Part shown: positions 48,861 through 61,493 of the stretch, one piece after another
How positions within the stretch are numbered: the first letter of the stretch is position 1
Layout: each line of letters begins with the position of its first letter
Origin: Felis catus
Taxonomy: Eukaryota
Assembly (NCBI RefSeq): GCF_018350175.1
Contig: NC_058369.1
Span: forward strand, 120,714,001-120,778,000
DNA: 64,000 nucleotides
Reading direction: 5' to 3'
The notes under the pieces: generated by a model
Seen by the model: only the letters and a program-made list of their open reading frames with translations
Told to the model about the DNA's origin: nothing
Database searches by the model: none
Position numbers and translations under genes: made by a program

Positions 48861-50741
48861 TCCACTCTCAGTCTTCTCAAATAAGAGCTACAAATAAAAC
48901 TAGTGAACTATAGACTCTTGAAGGCCTCCTTCTAGCTGCCAGATTCAAGCCTAGGCTAAAAGGATACTGGTGTGGGCCTGCAGAATAGTTCTCTCCTGCT
49001 CCTTGCTTGTATATCAGTGCTGGAAAATTCCCGATTACAACTATGCCTTCTATCCAAATACAAGCATGTTGAGAGTAAGTTTAATTTATCAGATCCTTTC
49101 TAATGGACAGTGCGCTGATGGCAAGTCAGAAAGGGGGAGAGGAACAAAATAGTCATGATGGAGAAACAGGACCTGAGCACAAGATAACCAAGGAAAGAAA
49201 GGGAGGCTGGGGGTGGGAGGTAGGGTACCGGATGGACCTGGAAAATAAACGAGTAGAAAGGAGGGTTCTCAGGGCCTGGGACACAGAGCAGGGAGACAGG
49301 GGCGATGGAAGGGAGATGAAAAGAAACTGGTGAGAAATATCATCAATATTTTTATTTTGTCCAGCAACAACCTTGCACAAGGCTGCTCTGTAACATTCAA
49401 CAAACACTTTGCTTATTAGTGTAGGAAACACATTACACAAACACGGCTCTCACCTACTGGGAGCCTGCAACCCGAACCCAGTGGACCATGATGATTCCAC
49501 TAAATGTTGTCAGACTCCACGGTCCCAGCAGGACTTCACTCATGCAGATGAAGATAAAGTATCCTATTAAGCTCACTAATTTTTAAATAGCTTCAAAGCT
49601 TTGCCTTTATTTGGCCCTCACATTAACCATGGTTGCGAAATTGCCTCTGAGGCAACTTGGCCCCTTCCTCCCGATCAGGGAGAGATGCTCAGTTGTAACC
49701 ACATATTCTGCCATTTGGGACACGCTCCCCATTCATTGCCACAACCACCCATAGGCACGGAATCTTTCCGGGGAGAGGACGCAAAGCCACACGCTCAGAG
49801 AACAATGGGCAGTCCCCCTTCCTCCCGCCGCCACCTTCCTGCCTTCCAGTGAGGGCTGTTTTGCTTTAACTTCTAGCTGGGCCCACGTACACTTGAGAGG
49901 ATTCTCAAGTGAGTCTGTACCTCAAGACCAAGAGCAATCTCACTAATAGTTACTGGCTCAGAAAGGATAACCCTTATAAAGAAAGTTAATTATGTGAATT
50001 AAATGCAGCTTGCTTCTCTTTTTGAAGTACATTTTTTTCATGCCTTGAGGAGGGTGATTTACAGACACATTTGTCTCTCTTTAGAGAAAATTAATTCCAG
50101 TTGGTGTTCTGTGCCGAAACGGAGAGAAGGAGGGAAGGAGACAAGGCGGTTCTTCCTTCTGGATTGTACCGCCGGCAGATCCCACGGTATGCCTGGTTGT
50201 GGGCTCGCCATGGGCCACACGGCTGTGGCAGGGGGCCTGGGTCGGTCCCGGCACGTTTTGCTACTAGCCCAAACTTTCAAATATCATCTTCTAAGCCCCA
50301 CCATCGTTGTTTAGACAAAGCAAACTATTTCTTTTGAAGATGATTTCAGAATAACAGGAGAGACAATGCCACTTCCCAGAAAGACGTGAGCAGAACTTTT
50401 AAAATATCTCAGGCCCTGTCTACATACATTAAGTCATATGCTTTGGAGCCATAATGTATTAATCCGGCTTTTCACCATGAACGGTAATAACAGTCATCGT
50501 GTGTTCGGTACTCACCACAGCCATCACGTCATTAAATATTTGAGGAGGATTGTGTAATTAGATGCTCAAAACAATCCTATGCAGTAGGTATTGTTATTAC
50601 TTCCAGACTCTCTTGCACCAAATTCAGGGTGCTGAACAGCTGCTCCAGACCTTTTGAGATCAGGCTATACCCCTCACTCATAGTATGCAAATGGAAAGGA
50701 TATTTAGGTCCAGTACATTTGCGCTGAAAAGGAGAAAACCA

Positions 50742-50960
50742 TTTTTCTTTTTTTTTTTTTAAGTTTATCTATTTTAAGAGAGAGAGAAAGAGAGAGTAGG
50801 GGAGGGGAAGAGAGAGAAAGGCAGAGAGAGAATCCCAAGCAGGCTCTGTGCTGTCAGGGTGGAGCCCGACACGGGGCTCGAACCCACGAACCATAAGATC
50901 ATGACCTGACTCAAAAACCAAGAGTCAGACGCTTAACCAACTGAGCCACCCAGGAGCCCC
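50742..50960 (-). mobile_element. CanSINE (older)
   Basis: Reverse head, (GA)n, poly-T. Confidence 0.93.
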
Positions 50961-52199
50961 AGAGAAGCATTTCTGAGTTTACTCATTTATTTTTCAATCA
51001 CGATCCTGCTACTTTAGTGGCATTGTTTGTTCAGCCTCCGGAACAGTGTGAGGAAATTAGAAGTTCTGAACAGATAGAATTTCCCTTTCTTGAAAAATCT
51101 ATCACAACGGTTTTTTTTTGGGGGGGGGGATGGAGAAAAGGAGGGTGGGTATTACATTAAAATTGCAATTGTATACAGATGCTATAAGAGTACATCTAGG
51201 TAACTACGGTTGAACATCTAGTAAAGCAAAATATCCCTGAAAGTGATCTAATTGAAAAGCCAAGCCCTCCGACTGTAAGATGAAAAGCAGAGGCCAGGAG
51301 AGGTTAAAGAACTCGCTTGGAATCACCCAGAGAGGCAAAGCCAGCAATGAATCTCAGGTCCCCTGATTATTAACCCAGAACTACTTTTCCATTCTGCCTC
51401 CTAACCTTAAAACAGAAGACCAGATGGAACAAACTAGACTGGAAAAACACAGCATTCTAATAAAACAAACCACCAAGGTGTTATTATTTAGTGCTCTTCC
51501 CTCTAGAAAGAGATGTGGCCCTGGATTTAACGTATCCCGTGTAGCCCCTATGAAAATGCTGCTGTCTGGTGACTGCATCTCATCCCAGCTCCTGCCTGCC
51601 CTCGTTCACATCTTCCTTCATCACTCGAAAGGCACAGGTTTCCTTAAAAGTATTCATCCTGGCAGCCAAGAGTGTAAAAAAGAAAACTGTCCCTTCCTAC
51701 ACACATTCAGTTACATGCATGAAACCACCGGGCAGACGTGAAATAGACAAATTTCTCATCCAGAATCGGGCAGCTTTGCTGAAAGTCCAACTTCATGGTT
51801 AACAGCATCACCACATTATTTGCAAGGCAGGAATTACACAGTAAGCAGATCGCTCCTCTGGCGGAGGTGGAGACTGGGAATTTTTCAGGGTGGCTTCCAA
51901 AATGACAGAGGCATCGCTTCCTGCCCCTTTGCCCCACTTGCCTCTGAAATGGGTTAAAAGTCAAGGACCAGCAGGGAATTACTGGTAGAGATCCCAAATA
52001 ATCCTGACCAGATAGCTGGCTTAAAAAAGATGTAAGTGGAGTAAGGCAAACAGTTAGAATATCCTTTCCAAATAGAGAAGAACGCAGGCAGAAGATGAGG
52101 AAGTTCCTGGTTCCATTAACTTGCCATTTCCTTGGAAAAACTGAGACTATTTTCACCTTGTCTCCCTTACGGTGGACCTCTGTGGTTTGAGCTTATCCA

Positions 52200-52700
52200 G
52201 CATCCTTCCAGCCCTTCCTCTAGTATCGTCACTGGGGTCTTCCCTGGTGCACCACCCATCTCCCACTCTCAGGCCTTGTGATTCAGAGGCGGAGGGCCTC
52301 ACTATGATCCCACCCTTCCCAGGGCACTGGGTGGGCCTCAGGCACCATTATGGCCAACGTGTATGTCCATCCCCTTGACCCCAGTTAGTAGTTCTAGAAC
52401 AGGCATGGGATCCAAATGGGTCACATGAGATTCAGGAATATAGTGGAATTATTGGGGAAGAAAAGTTGAGCTGATAGGTTATACTTAGAACATTAGGATG
52501 GGGTAGAGGTGCAAGGCTACCAGTGAAAAAAAACATAGCTCAGAATGAAACTAGTGCAGTACAAAGTCAAGTGACTAGATCAAGAGAGAAATTCCTGATG
52601 ACAACGTTTTGAGCACCCAGACACAGCCATGACCCCCTGTTTTACTTAAGCCATTTTGGATAGGGTTTCTGTCACTTATAAGCAAAAGATCCTTGACTAA
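52200..52700 (+). mobile_element. Old MaLR (MLT1-type) LTR fragment
   Basis: tttacttaagccattttggatagggtttctgtcacttataagcaaaagatccttgactaa end motif. Confidence 0.65.
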
Positions 52701-52719
52701 CCCACCCCTACGCATCTTT

Positions 52720-53500
52720 CAAAATCCGGTTTAATTGTCACCTCTTCTGTCCGGCCTTTCCTGAGGATCCCATACTGAGAGAAGTAAGCTATTTGCACTT
52801 TCCTTGTGCTATCTGTCTTTCCAGCCACTTCTCTAATCGTCCTTTTCATTCAGTATTTTACCTATTGCCAGGCTTTCAGACTAAGGGTAGGCTCAATGTC
52901 TTATTAACGGCTGAATTTCCAATACGTGCCCAATGCCTCAGCCACCGTAGTCCCTCGATACATGAGTGCTGAATTGAATCGAATTTGATTCTAACTACTC
53001 TTTCAGCGAACACTGCACCCCTCAACGATTTCCCATCACCCTTGAGATAAAGTCCAAAATCTTCCATCGGCCTACGTGATCTGTCTGCCTCTCCCATCTC
53101 GGCTCCTTCTACAGTGGCCCCGTGCTATTCCTTGAGCACACCAAGCCTGTCCCCACCTCGGAGTCTTGGCATTTGCTATCCCTCCTTCCAGGAGAGTTCT
53201 TCTCTAAGATAACCGCAGCTATCACTCTACTAGTCTCATCTACTAGCCTGCATCTACTAGTCTCGGCACTCTGCCCAGTTGGGTCCTTACCGGAGAGCCT
53301 TTCTAGTATCCAGGAGAGCACCTGCACCACTCTGCAACCCTCACCTGCTTCATCTTTCTTCATGACACTCATCACCGCCTGACGCATAGCGTATATGTAT
53401 TTCTTCACTTATCACTGTCTTCGCCTCTACAATGTATGAAGGCAGGAAATTGTTCTGTTTTGTTCACAGTGGTGTTCCTAGCACCTTGGGATTCCTGGGC
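52720..53500 (+). mobile_element. L2 fragments
   Basis: atgaaggcaggaaattgttctgttttgttcacagtggtgttcctagcacct; ataaagtccaaaatc. Confidence 0.72.
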
Positions 53501-53632
53501 TCTCAAAGTGTTGGCTGCTATACGTGTTTAAAATAACCTTAAATTTAACTGGATGGGGGAAAAAAAGCAAACCCTAAAACTGAAGCCAACCTAGGCAAGT
53601 GAACTTAACTGTATGTTAAATTGTAGCATATA

Positions 53633-53843
53633 GTGGCTCAGTCGGTTGAGCATCCAACTTCGGCTCAGTTCATGATCTCATGGTTCGTGGGTTCGAGATC
53701 TGCGTCAGGCTCAATGCTGACGGCTCAGAGCCTGGAGCCTGCTTCGGATTCTGTGTCTCCCTCTCTCTCTGCCCCTTCCCCACTTGTGCTCTGTCTCTCT
53801 CTGTCTCTCAAAAATGAATAAATGTAAAAAAAAAATTTTTTTT
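53633..53843 (+). mobile_element. CanSINE, slightly 5'-clipped
   Basis: gtggctcagtcggttgagc head. Confidence 0.93.
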
Positions 53844-53858
53844 TAATTGTGACATAGA

Positions 53859-54068
53859 GGGGCCTGGGTAGCTTAGTCGGTTGAGCGTCCGACTTCGGCT
53901 CAGGCTATGATATCCCTTCTAGTGAATTCGAGCCCTGCATCAGGCTCTGTGCTGACATCTCGGAGCTTGGAACCTGCTTCACATCCTGTCTCCGTCTCTC
54001 TGTCCCTCCCCTGCTTGCACTCTGTCTCTCTCAAATATAAAATAAAACATAAAAAAAAAAATTTAAAA
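53859..54068 (+). mobile_element. CanSINE
   Basis: Tandem with the previous copy; related flanks ttgtagcata / ttgtgacata / ttgtaacata. Confidence 0.92.
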
Positions 54069-54479
54069 ACTTGTAACATAATCAGCCTAGGGAAAAAAAT
54101 AGAGTTAATTATTAGAACTTTGAAATATGGTACTTTTAAACCTGTAGTGAAATATAGTCTAAGGATAAAAGTAATTGTAGCAAAAAATATTGAATGTAAC
54201 TTGGAGGTTTCTTTGTTGGTAGCGGTACTGATGTCACCTTCTAAGATCATTTTGCACATATTGTTAGGATCCAGCAAAGGAATAAATACACTGATGCTGC
54301 TGGGAAACACGGTCCACAGCGTGGGAGAAGGGGTATACAAACACAGAATGGGGAAAGGAAAAAAGAACCTCGTGATGTTGAATTAGAATTAAGGGTCAGT
54401 ATGAAGTCATTCAGTTCCCTGGTTCTGCTTACAAAGAAAGCCTGAAGGAAATGGCATCCCAGGAGCAATGGGCACGCTT

Positions 54480-55125
54480 AGTGCTCAGATGTTGAGAAAA
54501 GAAGATAAGGGGAAGATCTTCTCTGTAGAAGACTACTAGATGACATCTATAGGAAGATAGACCCCCCCAAAAAAAAATCACCATTTACAACCCCCCAGTG
54601 GAATGACGGATTCAGGCAGGAATCATCAATGAATGCGAAAACTACGGGGTGACAGATCTGGAGGGAACAGATTTCCACATGGTCTCATGCTACTTATTAA
54701 TTTCAAGAGAAAAAGGTGCCTTTCCAACAGTGAGATCTGGGAGAGACCACCTGGGCCAAGTGACCAAGTGTAGCATCGCCAATAATGAGACAAACTGATA
54801 TCACGAGCCTCCTGACGTGATAAGATAGGAGGCACACGCATCACCCATGTCATGTTCTTGCCGAAATGTTTTCACTGAATCTACGCATTGAGGAAAGAAT
54901 CAGCCAAATTCAGAAACGGGACATGCCACAGGGCACCTGGCCTACACTCTTCAAACTCATCATCATGAGACAACCACAACAATATGTCAGGGGACTGAGA
55001 CCATCGTGATATACAAAACTTTACTGAGCCCTATATTTATTCTTTTTTTTAAAAAAAAAAAGGGTTCTAGAGAACATTTGGGGGATAATTAGAGAATTCT
55101 GAATATGGGCTGAATTAATGTTAAT
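54480..55125 (+). mobile_element. Old L1 (L1MC/MD-like) 3' fragment
   Basis: ggattcaggcaggaatcatcaatgaatgc; catttgggggataattagagaattctgaatatgg. Confidence 0.65.
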
Positions 55126-55228
55126 ATATATTTGTGTACGTGTATGTACATACTGAATGCATGAGTCACTGTACTTCAGTCCCGAGGATATTGGAAGCAC
55201 ACAAGAAGAACACAGGACTTCAACTTAC

Positions 55229-55295
55229 CTCCCCCGTGGCATAAAAGTCATTGTTTTTATATTCAGGGAACAACAGGAAAAAGTGAGTTAGTGCA
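55229..55295 (-). CDS. CPVL: CPVL coding exon (exon 7 equivalent), 67 nt, (S)ALTHFFLLFPEYKNNDFYATGE
   Basis: tttttgcag|T ... GAG|gtaagt. FPEY...FY.TGE motif just before the nucleophile; phase 2 in matches the previous exon. Confidence 0.97.
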
Positions 55296-55652
55296 CTGCA
55301 AAAAGAAGAACAACAACAATAAAAAAAAAATCACATGGAATCAAAAAAGCTTAATGCTATGCTACCAAAACTAACCTTTTGACGGTAAGTTTCACATTTG
55401 AAGGAAGAGGCCATTAGGCTGTGAGCTCCTATAAGCGTTATTTTCAAAATGTCACATATATAACATTCCACACTGTGGATGGTTAGAAAATAATTGTGGG
55501 CTTACTTTAGGATACTAAGAGGTTGAGACAAGGGGACATCAACACTCTGGGCAGATTTCCAAATCTCTGGGTTACCAACCTAGATCTTCTAGCTGTTGAG
55601 GGTACCCTTGAGCAAAGTGATACAGGCTTTCACCTATTATTACAGCAATTCC

Positions 55653-55871
55653 TTAAAAAAATTTTTAATGTTTATTTTTGAGACAGAGAGACAGAGAGAG
55701 AGAGAGAGAGAGACCGAGCATGAGCAGGGGAGGGGCTGAGAGAAAGGGAGACACAGAATCCGAAGCGGACTCCCGGCTCTGAGCTGTCCGCAGGGTTTGA
55801 ACTCACAAGCTGTGAGATCGTGACCTGAGCTGAAGTCGGTCATTTAACCGACTGAACCACCCAGGTCCCCC
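55653..55871 (-). mobile_element. CanSINE
   Basis: TSD tacagcaattc. Confidence 0.94.
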
Positions 55872-56866
55872 TACAGCAATTCTTAGAGGTAGTTCCGCAA
55901 GCCTTATGACCCCATTAACCTGGGTTTCTGGTGAAGTAATGAGAATGTTACTTGCTTACCAACATCTTCCTGTGAGGAACCCTGAACATTTCTATTGGGG
56001 GGGGGGTCCCAAAATTTCAGTATTTTAATAACCAAAGAACAAAAAGGCTGTAAAATGACCATAATTTAAAAGAAAACCACCAAATGGCCAGATATAGAAC
56101 TAACAGTACAGTGGCATCTAAGCTCCAAAAAAATCACACTTATTAAAGAATGCCAATAGCCACTTCAATGAGTTCTCCTGAAATAGATTTCAACAGACTC
56201 CAGAAATTGTTTCATAAGAAGCAAGAAAAGGGTAGATTATTGAATGATTCTCTACTTGACCAAATCTTTCAAAAAGGAAACAAAACTTGGGGAATTCAGA
56301 AGCTCTATCAGTGTTTTGACCCAGATTGCATTGTCTGAGAAGTCAGGCAGAGCTTTGTTCCAGCTTCCTGCTGAGGGACTAAAAGCCATGAACCATCCAG
56401 TGAAGATGAAAGGCAAGGAAGGAGGCCCTGCAAAACCAGGAGGAGGAGAAAGTTCAAGGGTTACAGAGAGGCAAAACTGGGTCATTATGATCACTGCTCA
56501 CTGCCGGGTCTGGCTGCACTTAATTTGCAAAGGCTCCATAAAAATCCATCATGAAAGACCACTGTAGAGTTTTGGTGTATTTCTGTATTTATTATTGACA
56601 GTAAGTAAAGCCTTTGTAGCAACTAAATCTGGGAAGCTGCACTATATAGCTTCCATGTTTGTTCTGGCAATAAGATGGCTTTAGCATAAAGATAAAAATA
56701 GGAGTTTATTTTCTACCCTTCCCTCGCCAACCTTCAGGCTAAAAACTATTTCTCTTCTCTCTTCCTGCTAGTTGGAATGGCAATAGACAGTTTAACATAG
56801 TAAATCTCAATTAAGCCTCGTGCTTTGGCTTAAAGTTTATTTCCTTGGAGAATCTGTTAAAGTTGT

Positions 56867-57061
56867 TAGGGTTGCCAGATTTAGCAAATAAAAATACAAG
56901 ACGTCCAATTAAACTTGAATTTCAGATAAATGACAAATAATGTGTTAGCATAACTATGACCCAAATATTACATAGGACATACTTAGATTTATAAAAATTA
57001 TTCATTATTTATCTGAAATTAAAATTTAACTAGGCATTCTGTATTTCATCTGGCAATCTTA
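56867..57061. mobile_element. MER53 palindromic hAT MITE, full length
   Basis: tagggttgccagatttagcaaataaaaataca ... tgtatttcatctggcaatctta; long internal inverted repeats. Confidence 0.9.
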
Positions 57062-57214
57062 ATTCAAGGAGCTAACCTTCCAGGTTACTTCTAGCTTGAA
57101 AATGCCAGGATTCTCTAGCTGAAGTTTCCAAGTTCTCCACTTGAGGAAGTTATAGTTTTAATATCACAAGAGGATCAGAACAAAAATTTGGCTAATCCAA
57201 GCCTTTGGTAGGTC

Positions 57215-57423
57215 TTTTTTTTTTTAAGCTTATTTATTTTTTGAGAGACAGACAGATCATGAGCAGGAGAGGGGCAGAGAGAGAAGAAGACACAGAATCT
57301 GAAGCAGGCTCCAGGCTCTGAGCTGTCAGCACAGAGCCCAATGCAGGGCTCGAACCCACGAACCGTGGGATCACGACCTGGGCTGAAGTCAGACGCTTAA
57401 CCGACTGAGCCACCCAGGCGCCC
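57215..57423 (-). mobile_element. CanSINE
   Basis: TSD tggtag(g/a)tcttt. Confidence 0.94.
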
Positions 57424-57666
57424 TGGTAGATCTTTCTTAAATGGGAGTGAAGGAAGAAAAAAGTAAATTTAGTAAGTTAGATTTACATATGCCACTTGCT
57501 TGTTTAACTGTGTCTTAGTCAACTATATGTAATTCTTATTCCACGGTGAGGGTTTGCTCAAAAATACAATCTAGAATCACGCCTACATAAAATTTCAAAT
57601 TTAGAAGCAGAATTGCTAAAATATATAATACATGATAGACACACATTTGCACGCATGCGTGTATGT

Positions 57667-57717
57667 GCATAGTCACACGAGCTCGCTGTCCACGCACAGT
57701 CACAAGAGCTCGCTGTC
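57667..57717 (+). repeat. 27-bp-period tandem duplication
   Basis: gcatagtcacacgagctcgctgtc / gcacagtcacaagagctcgctgtc. Confidence 0.88.
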
Positions 57718-59589
57718 GCAGGAAGCTTGCCTCTGCCAGACGATGCCATTTGGCAACATTGCTAGCATTGTGCCAGGGGCTTTTGCTAACAGCTAGAATT
57801 TTAGTCAAAGGCCATCTGGTGGTAGAAAGTGACACTGAAGGACAAGAAGAAGAAATCTACCTCGCAGGGGAAAATGACTCGGAAGAAATTATTCCTCAGA
57901 TACATTTTGTAAAAAGGGAAGCTGGTAGGTTCGGGGCACAGCAAGTAGATGGAAATGATAATGCACTAGAGAATTTGGAGAGGTCTAATGGAGTCAGAGG
58001 CATAATGAACACAAGACGTTAAAAAGAAGTTAAAACAATCTAAGCAAAAGTTCCATGCCAACAAAGGCCAGACAAGGGGGAGCTTTTGTCAGTAACAGTG
58101 TGGCTGAAATAAGCACAGTGCCAGGAAGCTCGGCAGTTTTGTTCAGCAGTGGCACACGGGCAGCCATCCTTCGCCTTCATTCCACCCCCACTATGGCCGG
58201 GCCATGATCTGCTCCGTCCAGTGTTCTCATTTAATATGTGAAACCAGTTTCATAGTCACATGGTTATGAAACACGTTTTAGCAATTGATACTATTCCCCA
58301 TACAAAGCGGCAGGTGGAATAGAATGATAGTAGCGTCTCCATCTGGCTGCTAAGAAACTAACTTCAGGCACGCTCAAGATGGGTAAGCACCAGACCAAGG
58401 ACTAGGGGAGCTGGTTGACTACTCAATTACCAGCATCAGGGACAATGTCTGGCACGTAGCAGGCAATCGATAAACAGTGGTAGAAGGGGAATGGTACCAG
58501 ACCATACACTCCAGATCAAAGTTAGTAAATTTGTTATTCTTTAGTATATTTAGTTATTTATTTTACCTAAATCAGAGGGGCATTGTGGCTCAATAGCACG
58601 TTCCAAATTTAAAAAAAATCGAATATTTAAATGTCTGGTTAGCAAAAAGCCTTTGCTTCCAAACAAACACACACAAGGGCAGCCTAAGTGTGAACGTCAA
58701 ATGCCTCTTTAGGAGTCTACTCCTTATAGGCACGGACTATGAATAGTCAAAAGGAATGGGTTTTTCAGTGGAAAAAAAAAAAGATGGTTTTCAAAAGGAG
58801 AAAAAGAAGGTCTACTCTTTAAACCTACGTTTATGGGTTTCAAAGCGACCTTCTTATTCCAAACACCCATCTGGAGAGCTGGAGAGAAGAATGTAGTCAC
58901 AAAGGGAAACAAATAGGGTAAACTATAAAGGAAACAGCTGAAATCAGTTTTCTGCACTACCCTTGATTAGCTATTTTCCAGTTCTAAGAGCCTGAAGCAA
59001 AAAGAACTAAAACAGCTATAAACAATGGATGCTTTGAAATAGGTTCTCTTTACATGTCATCTAAGAGGAGATGTACCACATGTCAGCAGTATACATCCAC
59101 ACAGAGGGTCAACTGGAAGCTGTAAGCATCTTTGGGGGAGGGGAAGAAGAGACAGAAAAAGAATGGCGGGTTGCATGCTCTGGCTTAGAGGGGATTGATG
59201 CATTTCTTCACCACAGAACCTCCGCCCTCTGGGTGTTTGCTAGTTAAACAACTGAGCTTGTTTGGATTTAAACCAAAAGAGGGTCAGAGAGGGCAGGGAG
59301 GAATAAGGGGAGAAGTAGGTGTTCTATCTGAAAAATGAGAGCACACAGTCACTGCTCATGGCACTTGAGTAAACTTGCAAGGACAGCCATCATGATTATG
59401 TGTCTATAGGGAAAGAGGAGGTGCCTGAGCTAGGGGCAGAGAAGGGGGAATCCTGTGGAAATCTGGCTAATCTGCTCCCAGGACCCAATGTACCTGGAAG
59501 CAGAAGTGTGGGGTCCTAGCCATGCCCCTGGACACAGAATGGAAGCGACTAAATAATGGGACAAATGACAAATGAAAGTGTAGAAAACA

Positions 59590-59828
59590 GGGGCGCCTGA
59601 GTGGCTCTGTCAGGTAAGCGTCCGACTTCGGCTCAGGTCATGATCTCATGGTTCGTGAGTTCGAGCCCCGTATCGGGCTCTGTGCTGACAGCTTGGAGCC
59701 TGGAGCCTGCTTCAGATTCTGTGACTCCCTTTCTCTCTGCCCCTCCCCCGCTCGCACTCTGTCTCTGTCTCAAAAATAAATAAAATGTTAAAAAAATTTT
59801 TTTTTAATAAAAAATTTAAAAAAAAGAA
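59590..59828 (+). mobile_element. CanSINE
   Basis: TSD gaaagtgtagaaaaca. Confidence 0.95.
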
Positions 59829-60764
59829 AGAAAGTGTAGAAAACAACAGCCATATTTGTTTTCTAGGTCCGCAGAGAAGACAGAAAGAAATGTCTCAGGA
59901 AGAAAGGCCAGAAGTTACTCTTTCCTCCGTTCCCTAGCCATCTGCCTTGGGGAGAAAGAATAAAATGGAAAACTTTTGCCAGAGATCAGAAAACTCTGAT
60001 TTGTTATTAGATTTACTTTCACTTTAGCAATTGGTTGGGTTTGCTCAACCAATTACTTGGGTTTGCTCAAGTAATCAGCAGAATGAGTGTGTGGTACAAT
60101 TAGGAAATAGGGGAGTTGGTTATCTCATTCTGGCCACTAGGGTTCTGTGAGTAAATGATTATAGGGCATAAGGTGGCACCCTACTGATCTGAAAGAATTC
60201 GGGACTTGACCTCTAGTAACAATTTACAGACTGGAAAAATGTGACCAAATAAGAATGGTCACTTACTTAAAAAAAAAAAAAAAAGTACTAAAAATAGCCA
60301 TAGCAAATATGAGTACGAAAAAAGAAGAACTTCTATGTGCAGTGTTTGACCAGGCTTACAACTTTACATCTTCTTTCCATTTTTTTCTTTTTTTTTTAAG
60401 TAAAAGAATAGTTGTGGAAGATGAAGGAAAAAGTCAGAGACCAGCTAACAAGCTAAGCTTTCAGCCTGGGGGTCATGAAGGAGAAGCAAGAGAGGGGAAA
60501 ATTACATCTGAAGGCCACAGAAAGAGGAGTCCCGAGAAAAAAAGAGAAACGAGCAAGAAGATGTTGTTTCTGGGCAAATGCAAAGTTCAAATACAATGTT
60601 GGGAAGCACACAACATCCTCTCAGGCACCTAGCTGAAAGGCTTGAAAATAATCTTTGGTCGGATATTCTGTTCCGTTTCTGTTGTCTCTTAAAGGATATT
60701 TTTACAAAATTACAATCGTGCCTTAGGATTTCAGCCCTCCTTGTTATTTTCTTGCTGACCATTT

Positions 60765-61138
60765 TTTGTTGTTGTTTTTTGTGTTTTTTTTTTTTGATTT
60801 ATTTAAATTCAAGTATAGGGCAGGGGCGCCTGGGTGGCACAGTCGGTTAAGCGTCCGACTTCATTCAGCCAGGTCACGATCTCGCGGTCCGTGAGTTTGA
60901 GCCCCGCGTCGAGCTCTGGGCTGACGGCTCAGAGCCTGGAGCCTGTTTCCGATTCTGTGTCTCCCTCTCTCTCTGCCCCTCCCCCGTTCATGCTCTGTCT
61001 CTCTCTGTCCCAAAAATAAATAAACGTTGAAAAAAAAATAAAAATAATAAATTCAAGTATAGTGCAGTATTGGTTTCAGGAGTAGAATTTGGCAATTCAT
61101 TGCTTACAGATGACACCCAGTGCTCATCCCAACAAGTC
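60765..61138 (-). mobile_element. Short carnivore L1 3' stub interrupted by a SINE
   Basis: Poly-T, tttaaattcaagt...ggtttcaggagtagaattt...acacccagtgctcatcccaacaagt. Confidence 0.75.
60823..61047 (+). mobile_element. Young SINEC_Fc-type SINE
   Basis: TSD taaattcaagtatag. Confidence 0.95.
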
Positions 61139-61191
61139 TGCCGGCCATTTTCACAGTTATCAGTGATAAAGTAACAAAGCAAAAAGCAGAC

Positions 61192-61263
61192 TGTGTGTAC
61201 GCACATGTGCGCACGCGCACACGTGTGTGTGTGTGTGTGTGTGTGTGCGTGCGTGCGTGTGTG
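61192..61263. repeat. 72-bp alternating purine-pyrimidine tract, (TG)n/(CG)/(CA) mix
   Basis: Unbroken YR alternation read directly. Confidence 0.93.
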
Positions 61264-61413
61264 AGGTCCTCACGTAGAAGTATTCTTAATATGTCTTTAA
61301 GAATTAGTCCATGAGGATCCATTAGCACTACTGACACCATTGGGTGAATTTCCGTATTGAAATAGAAAAACGTTTGGTCTGAAGAAGGTCAAGAGACAGC
61401 CAAGACCTTTTAC

Positions 61414-61493
61414 CTGTATAAATTCCGTGCCACATCATCCTCATTGACTGCGTATCCCTGGGGGTCGTCAGTAAAACTGAACCCTGTGCCCAC
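61414..61493 (-). CDS. CPVL: CPVL coding exon (exon 6 equivalent), 80 nt, VGTGFSFTDDPQGYAVNEDDVARNLY(S)
   Basis: cctcag|GTG ... AG|gtaaaa. Completes the S10 signature DNPVGTGFS; frame is continuous with neighbouring exons. Confidence 0.97.

Noticed and set aside
57663-58022. 119-aa ORF with an acidic patch
   Set aside because: Starts in a tandem duplication; no recognisable homology or splice support.
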